Numbered from the stretch's first letter, positions 34,649 to 48,554 are shown. The stretch: 64,000 nucleotides of DNA from Zancudomyces culisetae HAW-14-8 (GCA_052426225.1 JBNJNM010000011.1:744001-808000), one strand, 5' to 3'. Program-made: numbers and translations. The notes: generated by a model not told the origin, from the letters alone.

Positions 34649-37515
34649 TGACAGTTGGTTTTATTTAGTTTAATTCTTATATGCCCGTATGATTCTCTTT
34701 TTTATAATGTGATAGCACTGATATCGATTCGTACGTATCAGGACAAGAAACTGATGATTTTTTTTCTTTAGCGAAACTTTTGTACGCTGACCTTTTTTAA
34801 ACTCAATTTGATGGATGATGCTATATACTAGTATTATATATTACTGTAATTATGAGCTAATTCTCGTTTTATTTCTTAGATATGCTAGACCACAATTCGA
34901 TGCTAGTGTTCTTTTATACTTTAGTATTGTTTTCTCTACAATGACCTTTTCGGTGCTTCTATTTCTTTACCATTCTGTACCCTATCCCGCTTCTATTCCA
35001 GAAAAAGAAGAAGAAAAAATATCAGTAGTAATACTGTTGCTTATACTTGGATATGCTTTTGTGATTTTTTTTTAAAGAAATTGCAAGTTTGTCCTTTGTA
35101 TATTTTTTAGAGTCATTCGTCGTCCATTTATATTATCATTTTTTTAACAAAAAAAAAGAGGGTAGTGAAACTTTGTATAAATGGATAACCAGCTCTACTA
35201 TTCTACTTGTTGAGCACACGTCTAAATAGTGAAAGTGGTTTGCATTTATTGTTGTTTTGCGCCTTTTTCTTTAAATTGTCAGGGAAAAAAAAGCACATCT
35301 ACCCTAAATTAGGTTTAAATTAGCACAAATGCGTAGATATGTTTTAGTAGCCCTTCCCCGCTCAAATTTCTTACCACTCTATTGTTAATTGTTGTGATGG
35401 TTAAATATGGATAAAATCTAAACAGGGAAGGTTTCACAACTTCTCATTGGCTTATTTTTTGATTTTTTGCCCTTTTATTACTTATTTTTCGGCTACAATG
35501 TACCATTAATTGTTGATTGAAACTGTGAACATAAAAATAGCCCCATTAAGGACTGATCACTTTATTAAGTTTCTACTCCAACCCTCGACTCCTTTTTACC
35601 ATAACCTGCTTCCACCTTCCCTTGACCCTGTCTTAGTATTTCTTATTTTCATGACCTGTTTTTGACACTTAAAATATCAGCGGTTGTTCTAGAATCTCTA
35701 CAAGGACTGAACTTTGAAAACATTAAATTTTCAACCTGTTGGTGATGTAAAGAAAAACACCACCCATTCAACCGCCGCTTTTCAGTTCACGTACCAGTGG
35801 CACATATACCCATACATATGTCTGACTATTTAACTACCACTGATCCCAGTTATTCTCTATGCTTACACTAATCATTAGCCTCCAGATATTTGAAGTTTTG
35901 CGGGTATGATGTTAATGGGTATTCCAGGTTAGTCAACTGACAACACATCGTCATTTATATAATCCGTGTGTTTTTTTTAAACCTCATCTCAATTAGCAAG
36001 CAACACAAGGTAAAATTCGGTTTTTTCAATCCAATCGCCCTGCTCAAAACTACAGCTTGCATCCCGCACTTGCCAATTTTGCGACATAGCAAATGAACTA
36101 GAGAAATTCTTGATAAAATGTAAATAATCAGCAGGTCAGATAGTAATCTAGTGAAGGAAATTTTATTGGCACACTCATCGGCGTTTTTTGTCGTGAAACT
36201 GCGCAGAACGCCATTTTAATTATCGGAAAGTAGATCCTTTTTTGTCAATCCAGGTTTTTGTACCACTTGAACTTTGATGGGCCTACGAATATGGTAAAAT
36301 TGGTAAATATCACCCTACATCAAAATTAAGATCAAAGAGTAGGTACTTTTACTGGAGCAAAATGAAGGTCAAATATCAAAATACCCCCAACAAATGACCC
36401 CCTCTCCCAACAACAAAAAGCAAAAAGCGAAAAACAAAAACAAAATCAGCCAAGCAAACATGGTTTTAAGTTTAGGTTATGATATAAATTGAAGTTTGCT
36501 CTTTCAAGTGTGCTATTAACTGTTAGCATAAACAAATGATTTTCTAGCTTATACCTATTAGGCATTGGGGAGTAAGCTTTCAAGGTAAACCCGACCCAGA
36601 CAATAGAAATGTATGATCAACTGCTAGAGTAAAAAAAAACAAACTATATTGTTCAAAAAAAGGTATGTACGAGTAAACTTCAAACGTCTGAAAATGAATG
36701 TGGTAACCATGTAACCAGGAGTATGCGCTCTGCTATCACACATTCTATTACACTTGAGATCAGCAAGCAAGCGCAGGGGTACTTTATTCCCTACAAAAAA
36801 ACAAGAGAGCATGTCACTAGAACAGCTTTGCAAGTATAACTTATAAACATCATATTCATGTATTTCTGCATTTATCGATTTCAATTGATTAACAGCGATG
36901 AAAATCAACACAACATTCAATATATATTGCCAGAGTTTAGAAGGTAAAAGTAAATACAACTATCAAATAAAGTTTCAGTGTATACCCAGCAGGTTTGAGA
37001 AAGCAACAGGAGATAAAAAAAGCGTACAATGTATAATGTAAAACGTATAATAGTGTAAATGCAAACTGTATTATAAAACGAGAACAAAAGATAAACCCAT
37101 AATGTACTTTCACGTTGATACTTAGAAATAGTAATGTTTTTTTCCTGGGTGTAGGTCCGCCTTGTTATAAAGTGGTGGTGACTCTTTTATACAGAGATCC
37201 AAAGGGCATAGTGTGGATAATGTGATTTGAAAAAAACTCGCTATAAGAATATTTACATGTTTTTATTGTGTTTTTTTAAAATAAAAATAATAAAGAGAAA
37301 AGGCGCCAGTAAAATGCCATTTGAAATGTAGAAAAGAGAAACAGAGTAGCAACAAGGTAGATCGTATGCGGCCACATAGAGTAGTAAAATTCTTAAGGTT
37401 CTTCGTGTATACGAAATTGGGATGAAGAGGAGGAAAAAGAAGGAGGTTTTTTGGAGCCAAAACCTGGTTTGGTACATGCAAAAAAAGCGCAGTGTGTCAC
37501 CAATAGTATACGAAA

Positions 37516-38749
37516 TCATAGTATTCTTTTGTGTTGGCCAGGTGGGAAAAAGTCAACTCTATTCTCATAAAGTTTGTAGTGTAGAATCGAGGACCCAAGG
37601 ACATTACCAAGACGATATGATTTGTTAGATATCGTAATCTAATCCAAGTATTAGCATAATCATAAACACAAGTACAAATTCAAGTTTAACTCCAATTAAT
37701 TATTATACTTAGTATTGCAAATCTTAAAGCGTTGCTAACGCCTAATACAACCTGTTCCATATGTCAATAGAGTAAAATCCTGAGTCAAGCTATACTTACC
37801 TGTCCAGATACTTTAGATGAGTATCCACTCACTAGTGGTTCTACCTTCAGTATAAGACCACTCCTATACTGGAGCCCCACAATCGCATCGATATATTCAT
37901 CGTTTGGCTCTAAGTGGTCAACAATCTCAGGATCTGAGGTTATTTGAACAACCAGAAATCCGTTCAGCTAGTAGTTATTTTTTTTTGTAACCAGTTTTAG
38001 TTTTACGGTTTAGTGATAAGTTAGGAGAAGAATTACCTGTTCAGCTATCGATTTTAAAGTATCCATAAACAGTCGAACTGTTTTTCCTGTCCAACCCATA
38101 TCAATCAATGTTGAAAGTCCGTCAATAAAAATACCCACTCTGTGGTTATTCTTCACTTCGTGCAATGCGTCCAGAATAGCCTCGGCTACATATTTGACCG
38201 CATCCATGGGTGTTTGTTCCTGCGAACTCCTCAGAAGCACCTCTGGTTGTGGATTTACTTTTTTCTCAGTGTCCTTTTTAGCAGGTGATTCGGAGGAGTT
38301 GTAGGGATTCAAATACTCAGTAAATCCATCAATAAATACCAATTTCCCTTGTTCTCGTAATTCATCAGTTTTAAGATTCTACTTTCCAACCATAGTACGT
38401 ATGTGAGTTATAGAGAAACGACTCTTAACCATCGTACATACAAAATCTATAAAATAGAATAAAATAAAATAAATGACGATATGCACAAACTTACCATTTT
38501 TCGTAATATTCGGCTGTAATGCTGGTATACCTGAGAAAAACTAACTAATATACATTTATCACAAGATTCTTTACTGTAAGAGGCACGTTCTTTGGTATTT
38601 TTATCGGAACCTTTTAAACTTTCTGCCAGAATCTGCAGCAACAAAAAAGTCGAATCTGATTTCAAAGTATCCATTAATAGGATCGTGTTTTTAGATTCTG
38701 GAATCCCTTTATCCCACCCCACCGCCGCTGAAAAGGATTCATATACCAT
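37516..38749 (-). CDS. ELP6: Elongator complex protein 6 (4 exons)
   Basis: ILLMDTLKSDSTFLL, CILVSFSQVYQHY, VFIDG, IFIDGLSTL, LKVEPLVSGYSSKVSGQ, LHYKLYENRVDFFPPG. Confidence 0.85.
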
Positions 38750-39142
38750 ATTTCTTAGTTCAGTTCTTTGTCTCTAGCTCTTATTAGTAAATCCCCTAGC
38801 AAAACAACTGTGATATAGCTCAAAATTATTGCCTAAAAAAGACGATTTTCCAAAACCACAAAAAGCTGATGCCTAAAGCAGAATCCTTTTTTTTTTTTTT
38901 TGCTAAACTGATGTTAATTTTCCACTTTTTCCATTTACCAATTGAAGTCCTTGTAGGCAAAACACCATAAAATAATTAGCATTATTTAAACACCAGTAGA
39001 GTATGCCATATAAACTTCAATAGTGCTTGTTTCAACTTTATTTATTTAAATATAATCCATTTAACTACCAAGACATAATCAGAAAAAAAAACGAGCTACA
39101 TATCTTGAGAATCTTTAATACCGTAGCGTACTATTAAGAAAA

Positions 39143-40099
39143 ATGTCTAATCCGTATAAAGGTAAGCATGCATTTATGTTTCAGATGTCATACAACCCCT
39201 GCTGGATTTGCTATATAAAAGCGCCAATTAATTTATAATTTCGTTTTTCTGTTAACTAGGGTAAGCAGAACCATTCTGTACGAATACTGCTCAACTGTTT
39301 GTTATTTCGACCCCACAAACAATGGTTTAATCTATTTGTGATATAAAATGAAAATAATATCTGAGAGAAATAACGTTTGTGTATAGAATCGTAACCTTGT
39401 CAATGTCCCTAGCAGCGGGCTTTTTGATGTCAATTTTGTCGTGTGCGCTTTATGGGTAAGACTCGATATATTACATAGCCATTTCTCGGATTGCGGCTTT
39501 TTTTTATTTGAGACATATTTTAATAATGGAAAATTCTTGGCATATTATAAGGATTTACAATCGATTTATTGAAACCTCTTATAGGAATTGGCTGCCATTT
39601 ATATCTGTTTTGCTTTTTTGTTTTGCTCCGCTTCCAAATGCTGTGTTTGGTAAAATTCGATCAAACGATGTCTTGGAGGACGCTACCTCGTAAGTATATA
39701 CCTTTTTTTATAATATATATTTGCAAAAGCCAATGGTAAGGTCTATGCTAGTGCTTGAATTTGTGCTAGTGTTAATGAGAAGATAACAACCGACCTAAAC
39801 AATAATAATCACGCTAATAGCTCAATTGCCGATGTGGGGAGATTTATAACCTCCGTTGTAGTCATATCCGCCATAGGTAAAAAAATATTACGTTATATCA
39901 TTTTCAAACATATACAAATCAGTGTTTAAACACAAGACTTTACTTTTTAAATAATTCTTTAGCACTGCCCCTGGTCTTGTATCACGTTGAGTCAATCAAT
40001 GCCTTTTCCATGATAATGAGCATTGCTGGCGGGATGTTAATCTACGGAACCATGCTTATATATTCACAGTTATTTGTGCGCCACGAGATAGAATATTAG
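39143..40099 (+). CDS. VPS55: Vacuolar protein sorting 55 / LEPROT family (5 exons)
   Basis: Exons: IVTLSMSLAAGFLMSILSCALY | NWLPFISVLLFCFAPLPN | ADVGRFITS | ALPLVLYH...MSIAGGMLIYGTM. Confidence 0.88.
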
Positions 40100-41136
40100 T
40101 GTTGTTTGTGCTCCTATAAATATGAGAAAAAGATTGCCTTCTTGTTCATTAATCCATTCCTTTTCTATTTCTACTTTATTTTGCAATGCTGTACTTTACT
40201 TAACCAATACAAGATGGAGTGAGAAACAAGATAAAGACATCTAATTATTTTTGGCTTCAGGTCTGACATTTTTATGTCAAGAGCTTTCTATATAAAGCAG
40301 AGTTGGGTATGCTTGGATGAATGTGTTGGATTTTGTCATGTAACCTTGATGGTCTAGTTTCGTTAAACTATCGAAACTGCGTCTCCGTATTTGAATCGGC
40401 TATTGGCGCAAATACTATTAGTTAAAGGCGTATTTCTTTATCATGAAATTTGCTGTGTGTTATGCTCAGGTAGTTATTACTTTTTCCTGCGATATTTTAT
40501 GTTTTGATCAGCTGGCTTGGTGTTAATTAGGATAAGATTTTCGAGTACTGGTTATTAATTTGTTACGGAAAAAAGCGTCTTATTTTTTTGTCGCAAATGA
40601 TAGGAAATTAGGTTTTCTTGGATGGTTTTTTCCCCATCAATTTTAGCGAAAGAAGAGGATGTTACAAGTGTGAACGAATAGTAACTTAATATTTTGAACA
40701 AAAAAATCGAGATATCCCACCAAAAATATAAAAAACATGAAAACACGAACTTGAATTTTGTTGGTGATTTATTGCATACATTTTGTAAACAAAAAGTTTG
40801 AGTTGAGTATATAGATATTATTCAAGTTTGGCTTCTTGGCTAAATATTCTACAAGTTACACACATAAACACTTTAAAAAGCATTTATGTTGAGTACTCAA
40901 AGCAATAGGCAAATCCAGGTATAACGTTTGGCAGTAAAAGTATTTTAATTACATAAATTACTTGTGAAAAGATCCAAAGTCAAAAGCATCAGCAATTTAC
41001 TCGCGGGAGTGTGGGTAAAACAACAAGATAGAAGTACTGATTTTGAAACAACCCATACACAACTTCTAGTGGTCACGTACCAGAATAGTCGGCGGCTAAA
41101 ATTGATCAAAGTAATATTATTAAACACGGCAATAAA

Positions 41137-42120
41137 AGTAAGTTAAAAAAAGGCTCGAAAGACCCCAACCTCCGAATGAGAATCACAACTATACAATGTT
41201 TGATGTACTACTATTATTTAAACTAACGAAAAACTCATTATGGTTATCAAATCACATGTAAATACACATATTCAATAGTGGATATTCAGCTGAACATGTT
41301 GAACACCCAGCCTCTTGGAGGAAAGGCCGTTTTCTTGGGGATTATATTTATTATATATGGCGTATTTATGACGTTTCTTTCTTATCGGCACTCAAGGATT
41401 ACGATTTTGTCAACTAACTGGATATTTTTCTGTAAGTATTCTCGCTATTCTCTTGCGTGAGGCACAAACCCCTCCTGACTAGTCCATTCATCCTATATCT
41501 TGTGTAAATGTACTAATGAAAGCTCCAATTCAATAACCATTTGAATAGTCTTGCTAATTTTTTACATTTCCTATCGCATCAAAGAACCATACTACGATAA
41601 TGTCGGTAGGGCGAATTTATACATGGTCGCATCGATGCTTTCGAGCTGGGTTATTACCATTTTCACAGACATTTTTACCTTCAAGCATGTGGGGTACTAC
41701 GTGTCCCTGCTTGTTCATGGAATATCTTCAGGGCTATGTTTTTCATTTTTTCTGTGGTCTTTGGGAGACGGTGGGATAATAGGATACCAGTTTGGAAGCG
41801 GCGCAACTACGGCGTTTGTGTTTATTTTTGTGATAGTAGGTGCCTTCGCCTCGGTTGTAAGTCCGTTTTTATCGATGCCTGCTTCGTCCCCTATGATAGG
41901 TGCTTATATGACCATGATCGGCGTTGATTGTTTTGCCAGAACCGGATGGCTAATTCATGCGCTTGATATTACCAACGCTACCAGTGATGCATATTACCAT
42001 ACTAATCAAGAAACGGCGTTGGAAGCGGCATTTGTTATCGTACTTGGCGTGTTTGGATGCGCTTTTCAGAAATGGCAGGTTAATGCTACAGCAAATAGGA
42101 TTTACTATGATTTAGTATGA
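41137..42120 (+). CDS. Multi-pass membrane protein, TMEM198/DUF4203-like
   Basis: Several hydrophobic helices; SSPMIGAYMTMIGVDCFARTG and VLGVFGCAFQ match the DUF4203 pattern; intron 41432-41548; start codon uncertain (41137 or 41297). Confidence 0.7.
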
Positions 42121-42357
42121 GAGCCATGTAATTTATTTGATTCATTTGGTTTACTTTATTCATTTGCCGGTTTTTACTTGGTTGGCCATCAAATTGATTC
42201 CTCTCCAAAAAAAAACAAAAACAAAGATAGAATTGGTCTAGTGTTATTGGCTGGAATAAATAAGCCAAAAATTATTTTCTACCGATTTAAAATACGCTAC
42301 AACAAATTTAGGTTTCATAGGAAGTGTAAATAGAATTATAAAAAAAGCTTCCCTCAT

Positions 42358-43629
42358 TTAAGCACTGAATTCTTGAACACACTTAGAGATTATTTCTACG
42401 CATTCGTCAATTTGCTCCTCAGTAATAATCAATGGTGGGGCCAATCTTATTATGGTGTCATGTGTGGGCTTGCACAAAAGACCATTGTCTTTCAGCAATA
42501 AGCACAAATCCCAGGCTGTTTTTCCTTTGCAGCTAGCTGGGTTGACCTCAATAGCATTCAACAAACCACGGCCTCTTATTTCTTTTATTACTGGTGATTG
42601 AATCTTGTTCAGACCACCACGAAGTCTTTCTCCCAATACCCGCGACTTTTCGCATAGATTCTCCTCCACAAGAACCTCGAGAGCAGCAATGGCTGTGGCA
42701 CAGGCAATTGGGCATCCACCATAGGTAGAGCCGTGTTCACCAGGTTTGATTAGAAGCAGGATATCCTTGCTTGATAGAATTGCAGAAACTGGAAGAAATC
42801 CGCCAGAGAGCGCCTTTCCAAGCAATACAATATCTGGACGAACACCATCATGCTCACAAGCCAACATATTTCCTGTTCTAGCAAGACCTGTTTGAATTTC
42901 GTCAGCGATAAATAGTACATTGTGTTTCTTACACAGGTCATAACATCTTTTGAGATAACCGCTGTCTGGGACCATAATACCCGCTTCTCCTTGAATTGGC
43001 TCGACTAGAAATGCGGCAACTTTATCACCATGCGCCTCCAGAACTTCTTCTAGATCTTCGGCATGGTTGAACCTTATTACGTGCTTACCATTGGGACATG
43101 ATGCACCTACCAATGGCAAAAATGGTCCAAATCTTTCGTAAGACTCAGGATCTGTAGACATTGAAATCACACCGGTAGTACGACCATGGAAGTTTCCTTC
43201 TGCTGCTAATACAATTGCTTCGTTGTTGGGGACACCCTTAACATCATATGCCCATCTACGAGCTATTTTGATGGCAGATTCAACAGCTTCAGCTCCTGAG
43301 TTTGCAGGTAGAAGCATGTCGTAACCAAATAGCTCAGTAATGTACTTTGCAAATTGACCAAGCTTGTCATTATAAAAAGCACGTGAGGAGAGTGTAACCA
43401 ACTTGGCCTGGTCAATCATAGCGTTGAGAATCTTTGGATGGCAGTGACCTTGGTTGACAGCTGAGTATGCGGATAAGAAGTCATAGTATTTGTTGCCCTC
43501 TGGATCCCAGACATGAACGCCTTCGCCCTTCGAGATGACTACGGGTATTGGGTGGTAGTTGTGTGCACCATACTTTGCGTCTAGTTCTATTGCTTCCTTT
43601 GAGCTTAGATCATTTCTAATGCTTGCCAT
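42358..43629 (-). CDS. CAR2: Ornithine aminotransferase
   Basis: [67 protein letters not shown]. Confidence 0.95.
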   Translation of the reverse strand: MASIRNDLSSKEAIELDAKYGAHNYHPIPVVISKGEGVHVWDPEGNKYYDFLSAYSAVNQGHCHPKILNAMIDQAKLVTLSSRAFYNDKLGQFAKYITELFGYDMLLPANSGAEAVESAIKIARRWAYDVKGVPNNEAIVLAAEGNFHGRTTGVISMSTDPESYERFGPFLPLVGASCPNGKHVIRFNHAEDLEEVLEAHGDKVAAFLVEPIQGEAGIMVPDSGYLKRCYDLCKKHNVLFIADEIQTGLARTGNMLACEHDGVRPDIVLLGKALSGGFLPVSAILSSKDILLLIKPGEHGSTYGGCPIACATAIAALEVLVEENLCEKSRVLGERLRGGLNKIQSPVIKEIRGRGLLNAIEVNPASCKGKTAWDLCLLLKDNGLLCKPTHDTIIRLAPPLIITEEQIDECVEIISKCVQEFSA

Positions 43630-45758
43630 CTTGATTACAGTTGTTTACCTAAAGATATAGATAATAATGGAAAAGAAATAACTTTCAGTACAATAAATAC
43701 AAAGATTTGCGTATCAATGTGGGGCTCTAAACAAAAGCTGGACCATGTTGTTAAGGAAAATAATACCTTTTTATTTTTGGTTTCTGTTAAACTGGATTTC
43801 TATTCCTTTCTTATCAAAGCTTTAATTAAAACAAAACGATGACTTATTTTTCTGATATGAAAAGGAAAGAAATGAAAACCGTGGTCTTTGGGCTGCTATT
43901 TATACTTGTTAAAAAAAAAAGAAAAATTTCATGCTCCTCCGCTTTTGAGTCATTACTGGTGTCCTGCATATTCACCAAATCAAAGGTAAATTTGTTTCAT
44001 GTGTATGCGTATTGCAAATAGCAATTTGGTGTCCATTAAGAAAGCCTGTTAATTTTAACTGCACGCAAAAAAAAATACAAAAAAAAATAAAAACAATGCA
44101 GCCAACAGAAATGCAGAAATTTTGTAAGATTCGACTTTCTCTGAACCCTAAATCTAATAATCGGGTATATTTCCATCTATTTACCTTTTTGGGTTTCTTA
44201 TCGGCAAAAATTTTTTTTGCTTCCACAGTTAAAAAGTTGATGAAAATGGCAGGCTTTTATACACAACAAAGAACAGCTGCCTCCAATAAAACTTGTGCGA
44301 TTTCTTTGAGCGGCCTTGTCACGCGCATGTTGGAATTACTCCACACCAAACTTCCCACATCAGTTTAAAGCAAATGGCTAACACTTTAATGGATATGTGA
44401 GGTGAAACGCAAAAGGGTGAAATGTTGGTATGATAGCCGAATCGGTGATTTGTTGTTCGCTTAAAAGCACAAAAACTAGACGTAGTTCAAATGCCATACT
44501 AAAACTCGTATAACATTCACAAAGCGTATATTTATCCATAACAAACGGACCACGTGGTGCTCAAGAATGACTAAAATAAGGCACATAGAGCACTGGTACT
44601 GTAGACTTTGTCATGTTTATAGAGCTTTTATACTAAGTTTCTGGAATTTCTCGCTGACGATTGTGGGAAAAATACTGTTCGATGACTTTTCCACTTGATG
44701 TATACAAGTGATGTTATATTCTTTATAACTCATTACTCTGATAATATTTGAGACAATATATACGAAAGATCGACTATAGCGTATATGGGATGCTACAAAA
44801 AGAAGGTCAAAATCAATTTTAAACTAAAATAAAGTGGCTCTGTAGGCTCTATCTAGTAAATTGTGCCCTAACCACACACGGATACCACACATATTTTTAT
44901 ATATATCTTTTGTGCAATTATGAAACACAAGATACTTTATCAATGTTGTTCCGGTTCGCACAGACCAAAGAAAATATATATATAATGTATCGAAACGTGT
45001 AATACAGACTAAGGATGAAAGGACATACTGTATAGCAGGATAATAACGTACTATATATGGGTAAACTAGTACGAATTTATAACAAACAACTACAGCATAT
45101 TTGTTTCAGCTTTTTAAGGAATCCTCCCCCTTTTTTGGGCAGTTTTGGTGTATCTTTACTGCATTTTTTCTTGACAAAAAGGCATGTCACTGGAATGCTC
45201 GAAGAATCAACTTTGTTAGAGCCAGCCATCCCACTTTCACTGGTATTTACTGGCTAAATAAATATCAACAATACCCAGAAAAATATTCATTTAAAATAAC
45301 TTCAAAAACAAATCTATAAACCTTGCATTCTAGTATTTTCAACAAAATTCAAGAGAATGTGGAATTCAAGAACCAGGTTCAATAAACATAATTCAACGAC
45401 ACCCTTGTGATTATATCTACCCTCTCACTGTGAGAATGCGTATCAACTTGAATATTGATAAATAGTAATACCACTCAGATAAATGCTCATCCTCTAAAAA
45501 AATGAATATGAGAAGTAATATTCAGTTGTAGATTTTTCCTCAATATTTGCAATATAAATGCTATAGAGAACCATATTCAAGCACAAATTTAATTACCACT
45601 CCTCATTCTAACACATAAACTCTTTTAACATTAGCATCATTATAAAAAACTCAAACTACTACTTGTTTAACATACCTTAAGACTTGAATAAACTTCGGGA
45701 TCAAAAAACAGAGCTAAAACCAAACCAGCAAATCTACAGTCAACAAAAAAAAAAGCAA

Positions 45759-46304
45759 ATGAGAAATCCATCATCACATATAAAGCTTGGGCTTAGCGCT
45801 ATTAGAAGGTTCAAGAGGAAAATATGCTGCCAAATAACAAAGGTGTATCTAAAAATAGATTTCGGTGGATGTGGGCTAGGCAATTGTTTCCACAACCCAA
45901 ATAGCAGCCACCGTAATGCCAGTGATCAGGAAAAGATAAAACCAAAATATCCAAAGACCACAAGCGCATCTTCATCTAATAAACACTATACAGATTACTG
46001 CAGCCTATCGTCAGAAAAGCGTATATACCACAAATCTAGAATCACAACTGCGAATGGTGCAAATGCAGAGAGTGTCAGAAGTACCCCAAAGCACTTTCTT
46101 GCTCATTTAGAAAAGTGTACCTTTTGGTTAAAAACAAAACTCGCAGTAAAAGGAACCGGTATCTTCAAGAATAGATACTGTTGCAATGACTATAAAAAGC
46201 CACAGAGATATGAGTCTGATTTGGATGATTATAAAGTACTCAATTTTAAAATAGTTCACATATATAAGAATTTTGAAAAACCACATATAATTAAAGTGGC
46301 GTAA
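45759..46304 (+). CDS. Hypothetical basic orphan protein (about 181 aa from ATG 45759)
   Basis: More than 600 bp open in AT-rich DNA; AAATG start context; TATAAA near 45553; no recognised domain. Confidence 0.4.
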   Translation: MRNPSSHIKLGLSAIRRFKRKICCQITKVYLKIDFGGCGLGNCFHNPNSSHRNASDQEKIKPKYPKTTSASSSNKHYTDYCSLSSEKRIYHKSRITTANGANAESVRSTPKHFLAHLEKCTFWLKTKLAVKGTGIFKNRYCCNDYKKPQRYESDLDDYKVLNFKIVHIYKNFEKPHIIKVA

Positions 46305-46436
46305 ATCGTTTTCATATAAATGTCGACCAGCAACTTTTATTAGTTTGTGCTAACACTTATACTATGCCAACTTATCAGATTTCTTACACCAGTGAGATTG
46401 CTTATCATGGATTAATGACGATTTATTTTACAAAAA

Positions 46437-48554
46437 TCAATTGAGCTTTTTTAAAACGTATCTATTCCAGGAATCAGAAAGTCGCTTGGTATCGAGATTT
46501 TTGCCGATAAACACCAGTTTATAGTCTAATTGATCGCTTGAGTTAATAGCAAATGCATCGTATGTCTCTCTCACACCCTGAATCGCTATATCTGCTACGG
46601 GTACCTTTTGGGCTTCGCAAGGTGGGCAAAAATTCTTAACTCGTAGCAGTCCCTTCATCCTAAGGATAGTCATCACAGACTCAGAACCACTTGCGGTATC
46701 CTTATCACTGGATTCGGAAGCAGTGCTGCCAATACATGTATTCTCCCAGAGCAATGACTGGATCCATGGTTCGAGTAGTGCCCACTCAATGTCCTCACCA
46801 ATCGCCGGCGTTAATAAACATGTCGAAACCTTATTTATAAAGTCATTTTTTTAAATTTATTATTCTTATAGGAGTTAATAATCCACACATAAAATACCAA
46901 GCAACTTACATTACCAGGATTATGCTTGTTATTTCGATCACCAAAACTAGAACTCAAACTGATCTTCTCCGTGGCAGAATATGCATTGATGCTTAGAATA
47001 ATATCTAAATTTATCTTGGCGAAGGTTGATTCATAAAGCTCCGAGGTTGCATTTATCTGCTCAATCCGGGCTTTGATTGATTGAAGCTTGTGTTCGTCAA
47101 CCAAGTCAACCTTATTGACAATAATTCTGTCAGCAAAGGCTATCTGCTTCACCACCTCATTTATATTTTCGCTGACATCATCAAAGTTTACTGAGCTTTG
47201 CTGTGAACCTGATGGCTTTCCAAAATCTGTTAACTCGTCTAGGATATGCTGTGCATCAACTAACGTAACAATCCCATCCAGTTTTATAAAACTACCGAAC
47301 TCTTCGTTGGTCCACAACATTGACGCGATTTCACCTATCAGGAATATTTCAATATGGTTACATTGGGTGTATCTTTTGACTGGTACATATACATATTCTT
47401 AGTTGAAACTGTTTTAGCGTCTTGAATTAAATTTCGCAGTTATATTCATATTAATAACAAAATAAATGTGGTATGGTTCCCATCTCGTACCTGGATCCGC
47501 TACGCCTATTTTTATCAACAAATATAATACAACAGGTTAATAAGGATCTCGTATAGTTCACTCTTGTAGGCTGTAGTATATTTGTGGTTAATTGTGGTCA
47601 TTAAGGACGAGTTTATTCATATGGTTATTGAAAATAGCCACCTACCTGTGGTTTCTAACAGAATATAGTCAAACTTTCCCTGCTTTTCCATCAGTGACTC
47701 CAATGCTTTGATGCCCCTATCTCTAAAGCAAGATATATTTTCATACTTTAACAAGCTTTTACAAACTAGCACAACATTTATCCAGCAAACTGGACGCTTC
47801 ATTCTCGTATCAACAGGTCGCTTTTCCTGGATAAGTGCTGCTAGTAGTATATTAGTACCAATGATATACACTTACTTTACAGTACAGCACATGCACCCAT
47901 TATCCAAATCCAGCCACTCCTCCACCAATTTCCCCTCTTTGTCAGCAGAGGCTATTGCTTTGTCGATACCTCTGGCTATGAAAAACAGCAAATAAAACAT
48001 TAAGATTGATTAAAAACGGTCAGATAAAATATAAAAGTCAAGAACTAGAGCAATAGGGCTCTTTCAAACCGAAAATAATCAGAAGAATCACGTTTTTTCT
48101 CAATTCTATGAGTGAAACATTTTTTAAATTACACTAAAGTTATACACCGTGTAAAAGCACTTACTGCTAGCGAATTCGTTCATTATCACAGCAATCTTTT
48201 TGCCGTGATTCTGAGTTAAAATATATTGCAAAAGCGTCGTTTTTCCAGCTCCTAAGTAGCCGGTCAGAATAGTTATGGGAACGGTCTCCCTATGATCGTC
48301 ATCCTTATTCTCATTTTCACTCTGATTTCTACCAGTGTTTAGGCACATTAAATTAAAACTCAGAAATACATGACTACATTCAACTTGTGACACCATCAAG
48401 GCAGAAACTAGGTAGTGACTTAGTTTCTAAATAGCTCTTTTTTTTGTGTAAAATGGAAGAGGTGCTCCTTCATCACAAACAGTAAACTCTATTACCTTTC
48501 GCTGTCTTCAATCTGGACAGGTACCAAATCAGGAATCTGGTCCTCAAACTGCAT
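46437..48554 (-). CDS. ZNG1: CobW/COG0523 zinc-chaperone GTPase (Zng1/CBWD), about 7 exons including a 15-nt microexon
   Basis: N-terminal IPDLVPV; [10 protein letters not shown]; NGCMCCTVK (CxCC); LETTG-VADPG; NKVD; CobW_C features LRMKG and KLVFIGKNL. Confidence 0.88.

Noticed and set aside
34700-37480. Short hydrophobic ORFs (34815-35075, 36624-36959, 37253-37519) in a long intergenic region
   Set aside because: Composition typical of random AT-rich DNA; no motifs or consistent splice pattern; no transposon termini seen.
37792-37803. ATACTTACCTG resembling the U1 snRNA 5' end
   Set aside because: It is the reverse complement of an ELP6 splice donor (CAG|GTAAGTAT).
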